Positions 1 through 9,629 are shown, numbered from the stretch's first letter. The stretch is 64,000 nucleotides of DNA from an archaeon (GCA_020057295.1 JAGVGF010000001.1:32001-96000); one strand, 5' to 3'. A program made the numbers and translations. Notes: generated from the letters alone by a model not told the origin.

Positions 1-3
1 ATA

Positions 4-3000
4 ATGAATGTTATTAATCCTACCAAAACATTACAACCATTACAATCATATAATATAACATTAAATCATACAGCACCAGCTAATAATAATAATTATACAG
101 GAGTATTAACAATTGATGATGGACAATCAGCAACAGACATAAATATACTATATGGTTCACATCTTGCAAACCTAACAATTAACAGTATCACGCCAAACAT
201 CAGCTTAAGAGCAGGAGATATAATTTCTATCAATTCTTCAATAGTCTATGAAGGCAGTCCTGTAACTGGAAACTTAACACCAATCATAATTGTTAATGGA
301 ACAACATGTACGCTTAATAGTACATCATTTGTTGGTAATTATTTCATAACTAATTGTTCATTACCATCTGCATTAGATGCAAGTTATCATAGTTTAAGGA
401 TGAATGTTGATTATTCTACAGCACTAGGAGTTATACCATTAACTAGTACACAAATTAATGGATTATACTATAAAGATGTTACTAATCCGAATGTTCAGAT
501 TATTGTGTTGGATAGTGTAGAAAACGGTGGAAGCATAACTATTTCTGTAAATACTACAGATAATACCGTCATTGATAAGGTTATTGCACAGGTCACCACA
601 CCCGTGGGAGTAATCAAGAACTTTACACTATCCAATACTAATAATGCTACAATATATAATATTACATTAAATAGTTCAACAAACCTTTCAGAACTAGGAA
701 TATTTAATGTAAGATATATTGTTAATGACACAACAGGAAATGTTAATAGTACGCAAACTACTAGTTTAGAAATTTATTCATTAAGAACATTTAGTGGTGT
801 ATTAAAAGACTTAAACAACATACCATTTGTTGTAAACTTTACATTAACAAATGGTTTAACAACAATTAACTTCTCTACCAATAGCAGTGGACACTATAAT
901 GTAACACTATACGCTAGAATATATAATATTAGTATGATATTTTCAACATATAATATTACTATATATGATGCACCACTATTTAATGTTAGTACATTAATGA
1001 ATCTTGATAGAGTTACCTCTTCAGATGTTACATCACAATTGGTTGGTGCAATTAGAGGATTTGTTGTAGAAACTCAAATGCCTGTAACTTCTATGATTGT
1101 AATAAATTTCGGTTCTGACATTGTTACAAGTAAAGATAATTTACGTGTGTATCAATGTGGTGGATGGAATTATACTAGTAGAATATGTTCAAGTTATTGG
1201 TGGCAACAGTTAGACAATCAAGTTGATAAAATAAATAATGTAGTTAGTGCATCAATACCGGTATTTGCAAATACAACAAGTGCGTTTGTATTAAGTGAGA
1301 TACCATCTAATCCTACACCGATATTGAATCTTCCTATAAAAACTGTAAGTATGGATATTAATCATTCAAGCAGTAAGACAGCATTCTTAGAAGTACAATC
1401 TATTGGTACAGCTGCAATAAATAATATTTATGCATCATGCACAAGTGGAACAATATGTACTAACGGATTTGGACTATTAACAACTAATATTAGTAGTTTA
1501 CCTATAGGAACATTTGCTTATATGAATGTTACAGTAACAGTTCCAACATATCAAGATCCGGGATTATATACTGGCACAATGAGTGTAATTGGAGGAACAG
1601 CAAGCGATACATTCACATTAAACGTTAATGTGCCTTCATTAGTATTATACAATTATACATTAAACAACAATTATCTAAATGCTGGCAGTCAAGACACGGG
1701 AACTTTCACAAATCTAAGAATAAACAATACAGGCAATGCCGCATTAATCATAAATTTAACAGCTAATAGTAGTGATATAACATTCTCAGAATCAGGGTTT
1801 ACAATAAGTAAAAATTCTTACAAAGATATATCGCTATATTATACTGCTCCAGCAAATATAGGATTATATTATTATAATATTAGTATAATCAATCCAAGTC
1901 TTGCTACTCAAAACTTTAACTTATCATTAAATGTTTCACATCAAATAGATATTACATCATTAACACCAACTCAAAGTCTTTATGCTAATGATACTATAAC
2001 ATTAAAGGCTAATGCGATGAATGGATTATCTTTTGTAATAACTAATGTTACATGGAATATTACAGTTAATGGATCAGTATGCACAAATTTACAATCATTA
2101 TATTCTTCAGCTCAAGGATTATGGATTGTAACATGTAATGTGCCATCAGTTGCAGATCGTACTAATCATACATTAAGAGTTTCAGGATATTTTGACGGAC
2201 AATATTCTTATGATACATATCCTATAATTTATGTAGATACATTCCCTCCTTCATTAGTTAATGTTACTGATAATGCTGCAAAAACTGGTGGAACAATACA
2301 AATTAATAGTACAGCAGTAGATGATAGTAACATTAGTACTGCATCAGCTACAATAATTTCGCCAATAGGAGCAACAATAAATCCTATAGTAACATTACTA
2401 AATAAAACAATAGTTTCAGAATATGTATTTACAGAACTTGGAGATTATAATATTAGTTATACAGTAACTGATGCTAATAATAACACATTAACTACAAGTA
2501 AAATTTTCGAAATATATCAACCAATCACATTTACAGGAAACGTATTCAAAGGTAATGGTCAAGGATTAAGTAACTTAACATTCAAATTATATAGACGTTC
2601 TGGTGATTTAACAGAACAATTCAGTACAGGAAATAACGGACTTTATAGTCAAGTCATCAGAAATAGAACTTATAGTGTTGTAAGTATAGATTATGGTAGT
2701 ACTAATATCTTGCTTGATAATGTAAGACTTGCAAATTATGTAAATCAATTCAATCTAGATCCTGTTAATACATCAAATATAGCAATTGCGGATACAAGTA
2801 GCGTTGTTACTGGAATAGCTGTAAACACAAATATCAGTACTACAGGCAATGTAACATTCACATATAATGGAATATTCAATGGTAATCCTTCTAATCTTAA
2901 AGTTTATAAGTGTAGTAATTGGTCATACACTAACGGAACATGTTCACAATTATATTGGACATTTATTCCATCAACATTAGGATTAGGATTTGTAACATTC

Positions 3001-6000
3001 AATATTACAGGATTCTCAGCATACGTTCTAGCATCAGCAGCAAGTCCAGCATATGTTGTCGGTGATAGTATATGTTCAGTAAATGCTGGTGAGAGTAATA
3101 GTAATTCGCCAACTGATTGTCCATCATCTGGTTCATCAACCACCACAACCACAGTAGTTAGTAGTTCTGGAGGCGGAGGAAGTAGTAGTTCTAGTAGTGG
3201 TGGTTCAACAGCAATAAGAACATCTGAAGGTATAAGTGAAAATAAATTAAAAGAAATATTATCATTAATGTTAAATCAAGATACAGGAGTTGCACTTGAT
3301 ACTTCAAGAATAAGTCGTGATTTATATCCTGGAGAATTTGCAGAAACTGTATTAAAAATTAAAAATAAATTAAATGATTCCGTATCATTAAAGATAACTG
3401 TTAGTGGAGCAATAACAGATATGGTTCATATTCCAGTACCATTCCAAGATGTTGCAATTGGTGAAACCATAAAAAATAATATATCATTTGCAATAAAACC
3501 AGATGCAAGACCAGGATTATATAGTGGAGAAATTACAGTACTTAGTGGTTCTGATCAAACACTTGCAAAAATACCTGTAGAAATAAGGATATTAGAGATT
3601 AAAGACCGTTTGTTGGATATGAAAGTTACTCCTATAACTGAGAATATTAACCCTGGAGATACAATAAAAGTTCAAATTGATGTGTTTAATTTAGGAACTA
3701 CAAAGCGTGTAGACTTACAAGTGAAGTTAAAACTTGTAGATCCAGAAACAATGGAATCTTACTCTGAAACTGAAGAGAGTATGGCTATTGAAACATCATT
3801 ATCTGTTATTAAACCATTAAAAGTCCCACAAAATATTCCTTTAGGAAGATATATTATACAAGGTGAAGGATCATATACTAATGGTCAGAGTTCTATGATT
3901 ACTCGAAGCATTGCTACAATTCAAATTGTTAGACCATGGTATAATTATATGATTGTTGGTGTTGTTCCTGTATGGATAGTATTATTAGGATTAGCATTTA
4001 TATTAATTAATATATTATTATTTGAGTGGTATGAAAAGAGGAGAGCTTCTAGGATGAAGTATCATGTTCCTGTAGATTTACATACACTGCCAATGCCTGG
4101 TCCTAGGGTGTCATTCTTAGGTAATATTGCTGATACTAATATAAGAACATTTGTTGAAGTTGATAAGTTACAGACTCATACAATAATTGCAGGTTCAACT
4201 GGTTCTGGTAAGTCTATTGCTGCACAAGTTATGGTTGAAGAAGCATTAAAGAATAATGTTGCTGTAATAGTATATGATCCAACAGCTCAATGGACTGGTT
4301 TCTTAAGAAAGTGTAATGAACGTAGAATGTTAAAAACTTATAGAGATTATGGTATGAGTGAAAGCGAGACTCGATCATTCAATGGAAATATTAGAACAAT
4401 AAGGGATGCTAGAGAGAAATTAAATATTACAAAATTATTGAAACCTGGTGAAATAACAATATTTGATGTTAGTAAATTAGAACCATCACAAATGGATTTG
4501 TTTGTTTCTAATACTGTTAAGCAAGTATTCGAAGCAAATCTTGAAGAATCTCCTCAATTAAAATTGTTAATAGTATACGATGAAGTACACAGATTATTAC
4601 CTAAATTCGGAGGATCTGGTGAAGGGTTCTTACAAATAGAGCGTGCAGTCAGAGAATTCAGAAAATGGGGTGTTGGTATCTTATTAATTTCACAAGTATT
4701 ATCAGACTTTATCGGACAAATTAAGGCGAATATTAATACAGAAGTACAAATGAAGACTCGTGATGAAGATGATCTTAATAGGACAAGAGTAAAATATGGT
4801 GATGATTTCCTAAAGATATTAGTTAAGAGTAATGTTGGAACTGGAATGATTGAGAATTCTGAATATAATAAAGGCAGACCTTATTTCATAAGTTTCAGGC
4901 CTATTTTACATTCAGTACAAAGATTGTCTGATGAAGAATTGAAGAAGTATGAAGAATACAATGGAAGGATAGATACTATAGAATGGGAAATTATGCAATT
5001 AAAAGATTATGATTATGACATATTTGATATTTCACTAGAGTTGAAGTTAGCTTCTGATAAATTAAAAGCTGGCGCGTTTAATATGGTAGATATATATCTT
5101 GAAGGAATTATCCCTCGATTAAAGAGTGCATGGGAAAAGATTGGAAAGAAACCAAAACCTTATGTTAAAGAATTAATTTCGGAAAAGGAATTAAAATCTT
5201 ATAAGGAAAAAACTAAAGATTTAGAAGGACACAAACTATTTGATAAGTCATTATTCATAAAACCATTGAGTAAGGAAGTGTTGATTGTTCAGGAAAAACG
5301 TATTGAGACTAGTATGAAATTGTTTGAGAATAACATTTCTAAAGGCATGCCTGGATTATTATTAACAAGAACAGGTCCTGATGCAATGAGGCAACAGCAT
5401 CCTAAGTTGAAAGATACTAAGATGATTTGGTTGAGTACTCAGATTAATAAGGAAAATGTCATATCTCCAAATATGATAGAACAAATGTATGAGGCTATGA
5501 ACTTGTTTATTAGTGAATGTAAAGGAGAAGAATGTGTAATACTACTAGATGGATTATCTGTAATAATCAATAATACATCATTTGATAGAACATTAAATTT
5601 ACTTGTGCATCTGAAAGATTCTACAGCAGGAAAGAATGTTACAGCTTTAATTCCTATAAATACAGACATATTGAAACGTGAGGATAAAGAACAGTTAGAA
5701 TCAGAGTTTAAGACTGTTAATGGGTGGAGAAGTGATGAAGAAATAGAGCAAGAGGATAAAGAATTGAAAGTTGAATCAAAGAAAAATTTACTAAAAGAAT
5801 CCAAATCAGTAAAAAATAATTTTATTACTACTGAAAATAATTATGAAGGCATGCAATTGATAGATTTATTAGATTTAGCAAAGCTAAAAGATGATACTAA
5901 GGAATTAAAACAAATATTCCATGTTATTAAATCAAAATATGATTCATTATCAGATAATTATAAGAAGGAATATCAAGAAAGTGTTGAATCTTTGGGTAGT

Positions 6001-6159
6001 AAATTGTACGGTGCTAATAAAATTAGTACTAGTATTAGAAGAGTTAAACATACTAAAAATAAAAAATTAATTGTTAAACGTTTAAAAATTAAACATAATA
6101 ATGTATCGCATAAAATAAAAAAGAAGTTAGTTAATAAGAAGACAAAAAAGAAGAGATAA
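4..6159 (+). CDS. Giant surface protein (repeated Ig-like/S-layer-like modules) + TM helix + HerA/VirB4-like (DUF87) P-loop ATPase + DUF835-like domain; probably 5'-truncated by the window edge
   Basis: About 1320 aa of Asn/Thr/Ser-rich beta-type sequence with many N-x-S/T sequons and an internal repeat (NLRVYQCGGWNYTSRICS / NLKVYKCSNWSYTNGTCS). TM helix at ~3950-4025. HerA-family motifs: Walker A HTIIAGSTGSGKS, VIVYDP, Walker B LLIVYDEVHRLL, REFRKWGVGILLISQ. DUF835-like GLLLTR..IWLS..VILLDGL. No signal peptide, and the frame is open at position 1. Confidence 0.85.
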   Translation: MNVINPTKTLQPLQSYNITLNHTAPANNNNYTGVLTIDDGQSATDINILYGSHLANLTINSITPNISLRAGDIISINSSIVYEGSPVTGNLTPIIIVNGTTCTLNSTSFVGNYFITNCSLPSALDASYHSLRMNVDYSTALGVIPLTSTQINGLYYKDVTNPNVQIIVLDSVENGGSITISVNTTDNTVIDKVIAQVTTPVGVIKNFTLSNTNNATIYNITLNSSTNLSELGIFNVRYIVNDTTGNVNSTQTTSLEIYSLRTFSGVLKDLNNIPFVVNFTLTNGLTTINFSTNSSGHYNVTLYARIYNISMIFSTYNITIYDAPLFNVSTLMNLDRVTSSDVTSQLVGAIRGFVVETQMPVTSMIVINFGSDIVTSKDNLRVYQCGGWNYTSRICSSYWWQQLDNQVDKINNVVSASIPVFANTTSAFVLSEIPSNPTPILNLPIKTVSMDINHSSSKTAFLEVQSIGTAAINNIYASCTSGTICTNGFGLLTTNISSLPIGTFAYMNVTVTVPTYQDPGLYTGTMSVIGGTASDTFTLNVNVPSLVLYNYTLNNNYLNAGSQDTGTFTNLRINNTGNAALIINLTANSSDITFSESGFTISKNSYKDISLYYTAPANIGLYYYNISIINPSLATQNFNLSLNVSHQIDITSLTPTQSLYANDTITLKANAMNGLSFVITNVTWNITVNGSVCTNLQSLYSSAQGLWIVTCNVPSVADRTNHTLRVSGYFDGQYSYDTYPIIYVDTFPPSLVNVTDNAAKTGGTIQINSTAVDDSNISTASATIISPIGATINPIVTLLNKTIVSEYVFTELGDYNISYTVTDANNNTLTTSKIFEIYQPITFTGNVFKGNGQGLSNLTFKLYRRSGDLTEQFSTGNNGLYSQVIRNRTYSVVSIDYGSTNILLDNVRLANYVNQFNLDPVNTSNIAIADTSSVVTGIAVNTNISTTGNVTFTYNGIFNGNPSNLKVYKCSNWSYTNGTCSQLYWTFIPSTLGLGFVTFNITGFSAYVLASAASPAYVVGDSICSVNAGESNSNSPTDCPSSGSSTTTTTVVSSSGGGGSSSSSSGGSTAIRTSEGISENKLKEILSLMLNQDTGVALDTSRISRDLYPGEFAETVLKIKNKLNDSVSLKITVSGAITDMVHIPVPFQDVAIGETIKNNISFAIKPDARPGLYSGEITVLSGSDQTLAKIPVEIRILEIKDRLLDMKVTPITENINPGDTIKVQIDVFNLGTTKRVDLQVKLKLVDPETMESYSETEESMAIETSLSVIKPLKVPQNIPLGRYIIQGEGSYTNGQSSMITRSIATIQIVRPWYNYMIVGVVPVWIVLLGLAFILINILLFEWYEKRRASRMKYHVPVDLHTLPMPGPRVSFLGNIADTNIRTFVEVDKLQTHTIIAGSTGSGKSIAAQVMVEEALKNNVAVIVYDPTAQWTGFLRKCNERRMLKTYRDYGMSESETRSFNGNIRTIRDAREKLNITKLLKPGEITIFDVSKLEPSQMDLFVSNTVKQVFEANLEESPQLKLLIVYDEVHRLLPKFGGSGEGFLQIERAVREFRKWGVGILLISQVLSDFIGQIKANINTEVQMKTRDEDDLNRTRVKYGDDFLKILVKSNVGTGMIENSEYNKGRPYFISFRPILHSVQRLSDEELKKYEEYNGRIDTIEWEIMQLKDYDYDIFDISLELKLASDKLKAGAFNMVDIYLEGIIPRLKSAWEKIGKKPKPYVKELISEKELKSYKEKTKDLEGHKLFDKSLFIKPLSKEVLIVQEKRIETSMKLFENNISKGMPGLLLTRTGPDAMRQQHPKLKDTKMIWLSTQINKENVISPNMIEQMYEAMNLFISECKGEECVILLDGLSVIINNTSFDRTLNLLVHLKDSTAGKNVTALIPINTDILKREDKEQLESEFKTVNGWRSDEEIEQEDKELKVESKKNLLKESKSVKNNFITTENNYEGMQLIDLLDLAKLKDDTKELKQIFHVIKSKYDSLSDNYKKEYQESVESLGSKLYGANKISTSIRRVKHTKNKKLIVKRLKIKHNNVSHKIKKKLVNKKTKKKR

Positions 6160-6182
6160 TTATTTTTAAAGAGGTGTGAAAA

Positions 6183-7379
6183 ATGTTATTTTTCAAGAAG
6201 AAAGGACAAGCAACAGATAATATTAATGATTCTGAAGCTGAAAAATTGACTGCGGATACTATTCCTACAGTTAGTGGTAGAGGTAATGCTGATGTTGATT
6301 TGCTTAAAGCTAAAATCATTGCTCAGGAAGAATATCGTAAAACAATTATTGAACGATTAAATAGACAGTCTGAAGAGATTGGTGAATTGCGTGCTGGGCT
6401 TGTTAATTCTCAACATGATCTTGAAAAATTAAAAGTTCAGACTGAGAAGACTATAAGTAAGGTTGAGGAAGTTAAACCTGAAGGATTATTTTTAGAGGTT
6501 AAGCATGTTGATGCTAAGATTGAGACATTAAAGGCTAAGATTTCTTTGGTTGATGATGTTAATACTAAGATTCGTGAGGAATTGCGTGATATTCGTGAGA
6601 GTGTTAAGGGTTTTAGGGGTTTGAATGAAGTTTTAAAGCTTGGTGAAGATGTTAAGGTTGATGTTACAACTTTTAGAAAGATTGAGGCTTCAGTTAATAA
6701 GGATGCTGCTAAGGTTGAAAATATCTTTGTAACATTACAAAAAACTCTTAGCGACATTCAACGTGCTAGAAATAGTATTGAGTATATTGATGAGAATCAG
6801 AAAAAATTAGATAAACAGTTGAATGAGTTGAATGAAAAAATTGTTTCTATGGCGCGTAAGGAAGATTTAGTTGATTTAAAGAGCAGTGTTAATAAAAATT
6901 TAGTATATTTAGATAAGGAGATGGATAAAATTAGAGCTATTGATACTAAGGTTACTTTGAATATTAGTAAGATGGATCAACGTCAGGCACAGATTGATGC
7001 GTTGCAGGAAAAATTAGCTAGTACTATTAGTTCTAGTGATATTAAGAAGATGGTTGAGATTGAGTCTGAATTCAAGGAATTAAAAGGGAAGGTTGTTAAT
7101 ACTGTTGATAAGGACTCTTTTACTGATTTGCGTTATATGGTTATGAAGGATATGGGTAATTTGTCTCGTAAGTTTGATCAGGAGCGTCGTGTGTTGTCTC
7201 GTAGTGTTAGTACTGCACAATCTTATCGTAAGCAGACTGTTGCTGTTGCTAGGCTTGAGAGTAAATTATCTAAGGAGAATGATAAATTAAAGCGTGAAGT
7301 TAAAATGTTGCGTGATCAATTATCATCTACAGGCAGAGATATTAAAGCATTGCAAAAGATAATAAAGAAAAACAAGTAA
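6183..7379 (+). CDS. Long coiled-coil protein
   Basis: 398 aa heptad-rich and K/E/D-rich; GAGGTG SD upstream; starts 23 bp after the ATPase fusion gene. Confidence 0.75.
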   Translation: MLFFKKKGQATDNINDSEAEKLTADTIPTVSGRGNADVDLLKAKIIAQEEYRKTIIERLNRQSEEIGELRAGLVNSQHDLEKLKVQTEKTISKVEEVKPEGLFLEVKHVDAKIETLKAKISLVDDVNTKIREELRDIRESVKGFRGLNEVLKLGEDVKVDVTTFRKIEASVNKDAAKVENIFVTLQKTLSDIQRARNSIEYIDENQKKLDKQLNELNEKIVSMARKEDLVDLKSSVNKNLVYLDKEMDKIRAIDTKVTLNISKMDQRQAQIDALQEKLASTISSSDIKKMVEIESEFKELKGKVVNTVDKDSFTDLRYMVMKDMGNLSRKFDQERRVLSRSVSTAQSYRKQTVAVARLESKLSKENDKLKREVKMLRDQLSSTGRDIKALQKIIKKNK

Positions 7380-7401
7380 AAAATTTAAATTTTTATTTTT
7401 T

Positions 7402-8097
7402 TTATAATATATCAAATAGTAAAAGTTCTGCATCATCTTTAGAAATTATGTTTATGGATTTTTCTTGTTCTATGGATGCACCATCACCTTTTCCAAGAGT
7501 GATATCATTAATGCTTATCTCTCCAGAAATCACTTGAATCCATACTCCTCTGCCTTTTTCAATATTGTAAGATATATTCTTTCCCTTCTCCATTATAGAT
7601 GAAAATAATAATACATCTTGGTTTATTATTAATGAATTTTTTCTTCCGTCATTTGATACTAATAAACATAAATTATTTTTTTTATTCTTTTCTGCAAATT
7701 TTTTCTCATCATATCTTGGTTTCAATCCTTTTTTTGATGGAATAATCCATATTTGAAGTAAGTGTACTAGTTTTTTTGAATCATTAATCTCGCTATGTTC
7801 AACACCTGTTCCCGCAGTCATAACTTGAACATCACTACGCTTAATACTAGATGTTGTTCCAGTACTATCAGTATGCGAGAGTTCTCCATCAACTATATAT
7901 GTTATAATTTCCATATCCTTATGTGGATGAGTATCAAAACCTTGTTGTGAGATAACAACATCTTCATTAATCACGCGTAGAGTCCTAAAGGACATGTGTT
8001 TTGTATCATTGTATGTATTAAAAGAAAATGTATGATATGTGTTTAACCATCCATAATCAAAGTGTCCCCTATCTTCTGACTTTCTGATTGTAATCAT
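7402..8097 (-). CDS. Pirin family protein (YhhW-like bicupin)
   Basis: RG..DYGWLNTYHTFSF, GFDTHPHKDMEIITY, HTDSTG, MTAGTGVEHSE, LLQIWI. Confidence 0.95.
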   Translation of the reverse strand: MITIRKSEDRGHFDYGWLNTYHTFSFNTYNDTKHMSFRTLRVINEDVVISQQGFDTHPHKDMEIITYIVDGELSHTDSTGTTSSIKRSDVQVMTAGTGVEHSEINDSKKLVHLLQIWIIPSKKGLKPRYDEKKFAEKNKKNNLCLLVSNDGRKNSLIINQDVLLFSSIMEKGKNISYNIEKGRGVWIQVISGEISINDITLGKGDGASIEQEKSINIISKDDAELLLFDIL

Positions 8098-8169
8098 ATC
8101 TTAAGTAAATATATGCTGTTTATAAGAATTATGAAAGATACAATTAAGGGAATGCCTGTTATTTTAATC

Positions 8170-8640
8170 TTATTTTTCTAAAATCTTTTCCATTATCAGA
8201 GAAGTACCCTCTTCAAAAATAGTCTTATATCCTAACCTTTCATAAAGTTTAACTGCTCTACTATCTTTAAAAACTTTTAAATGAATCTTATTTAATTCAC
8301 GATATAATGTTTCTTGTTCAAGAATTTTCATAATTTGTGTTCCACAGCCTTTGCCTCTAATTTGTTCTAATAATTGTATGCTGATTAGATATCCATAATC
8401 GTCTTTAAATTTGAACTCCACATATCCCACACTAGAATTTTCACATTCTATAATTCTTATATTTTTCTGATGATGATTTTCTCCAAAAGATTTTTCGTTC
8501 CAAGATCCAAAATGTTTTTGAAATGATTCCCGCATATTTTCCTTGAATAGACTAAAGATAAATTCATAATCATCATCTTCAGCATCTCTAAGAATAAATC
8601 GACATTGGTTGATAACTATCTCTTGTCTTTCTTTTTTCAT
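8170..8640 (-). CDS. GNAT family N-acetyltransferase
   Basis: Acetyl-CoA motif IRGKGCGT and AVKLYERLGY. Confidence 0.9.
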   Translation of the reverse strand: MKKERQEIVINQCRFILRDAEDDDYEFIFSLFKENMRESFQKHFGSWNEKSFGENHHQKNIRIIECENSSVGYVEFKFKDDYGYLISIQLLEQIRGKGCGTQIMKILEQETLYRELNKIHLKVFKDSRAVKLYERLGYKTIFEEGTSLIMEKILEK

Positions 8641-8700
8641 ACATTAATATTTTGCGTCTTTATTAAAAATGTTACTAGAATTATGTGATTATATTAAATC

Positions 8701-8717
8701 AGCCTCCAGCGAGAATT
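8701..8717 (-). repeat. 17-bp direct repeat of the tRNA-Thr 3' end (att-like)
   Basis: AGCCTCCAGCGAGAATT at 8701-8717 is identical to 8782-8798. Confidence 0.85.
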
Positions 8718-8781
8718 TCCTGCGCCTTTTAGTAAAAGTCGCATCAAAACTGAATGTTGAAATAAATTTCAAGCATTCTAA

Positions 8782-8899
8782 AGCCTCCAGCGAGAATTGC
8801 ACTCGCGACCTTCTGCTTACGTGCAAAATGAAATTTTGGATGTTCCAAAACTTTAGTTTTGATACTAGGCAGACGCAATAGCTACTATGCTATGGAGGC
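8782..8899 (-). tRNA. tRNA-Thr with 45-nt anticodon-loop intron (anticodon AGT if intron is 8818-8862 at 37/38; CGT if intron is at 33/34)
   Basis: Minus strand: acceptor GCCTCCA/TGGAGGC with U73 discriminator, anticodon stem TCTGC/GCAGA, T arm GCGAG-TGCAATT-CTCGC; the intron forms a nested hairpin. Confidence 0.9.
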
Positions 8900-8992
8900 A
8901 TATATTATATGATGTAATATTTTTAGATGAGCTCACGCAGTTCGTGATGCTCGTCAGTTTTTAGTGCAGGTTTTTTGCGTAAGCAAAAAAAG

Positions 8993-9078
8993 TGCGGAGG
9001 AAGGGATTCGAACCCTCGAACACACTAAGTGACAGGATCTTAAGTCCTGCGCATTTGACCAGGCTTTGCTACCTCCGC
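8993..9078 (-). tRNA. tRNA-Leu (TAA)
   Basis: GCGGAGG acceptor, CAGGA-CTTAAGA-TCCTG anticodon arm, long variable arm, GGTTCGAATCC, A73; no encoded CCA. Confidence 0.97.
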
Positions 9079-9176
9079 ATATAGCCTACGAAAAATCGGG
9101 ATATTTATAAAGTTAATTAGTAAACTTAATAAATTCCGTAAATTATATTTTGCTTAGTTTTCGAGGTATGATAAAA

Positions 9177-9629
9177 ATGGTAAAACTTGTAGAACCAAAA
9201 TCAATGGATGAATGTGTTTACTTCACTAATAGAAATATAGGAGAGAAATTCAATGGAACGGCAAGATGTTGGGTTTTCAGACAACAGTGTCCAAAATGTA
9301 AGAAGGCATTTATGGGTAAACCAGTAGTTGATGGAAAAGCAAAAATTCGTGCTTTAGAATATGTTTGTCCTAATTGTAAGTATACAGTAGAAAAAATGGC
9401 TTATGAAGAAGGATTAACAGCAAATGTAGATTATGTATGTCCAGCATGTTCTTTTCATGGCGGAATGGTTCTCCCTTTTAAGAGAAAGAAAGTTGAAGGT
9501 GTGCTAACATTAAGATTTCCGTGTGAAAAATGTAAAGGCCCAATCGATGTCACAAAAAAGATGAAAATTATAAAGAAGAAAGACAAGAAAGTAAAAGCTG
9601 CTCCAGTCGAAGATTTGGACGATGAATAA
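9177..9629 (+). CDS. Multi-zinc-ribbon hypothetical protein
   Basis: Four CxxC motifs (CPKC, CPNC, CPAC, CEKC); GAGGT SD; start at 9168 or 9177. Confidence 0.75.
   Translation: MVKLVEPKSMDECVYFTNRNIGEKFNGTARCWVFRQQCPKCKKAFMGKPVVDGKAKIRALEYVCPNCKYTVEKMAYEEGLTANVDYVCPACSFHGGMVLPFKRKKVEGVLTLRFPCEKCKGPIDVTKKMKIIKKKDKKVKAAPVEDLDDE

Noticed and set aside
3120-3210. Ser/Thr/Gly low-complexity run as a contingency repeat
   Set aside because: Codons are heterogeneous; this is an ordinary flexible linker of surface proteins
6183-6230. KKKGQ at the N-terminus resembling a class III signal peptide
   Set aside because: Not followed by a hydrophobic helix (QATDNINDSE)
8701-8798. Repeat-spacer-repeat read as a mini CRISPR array
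   Set aside because: Only two 17-bp copies, identical to a tRNA 3' end, and no cas genes in the window
8669-8881. 70-aa + strand ORF
   Set aside because: Antisense to tRNA-Thr and its repeat; no protein motifs
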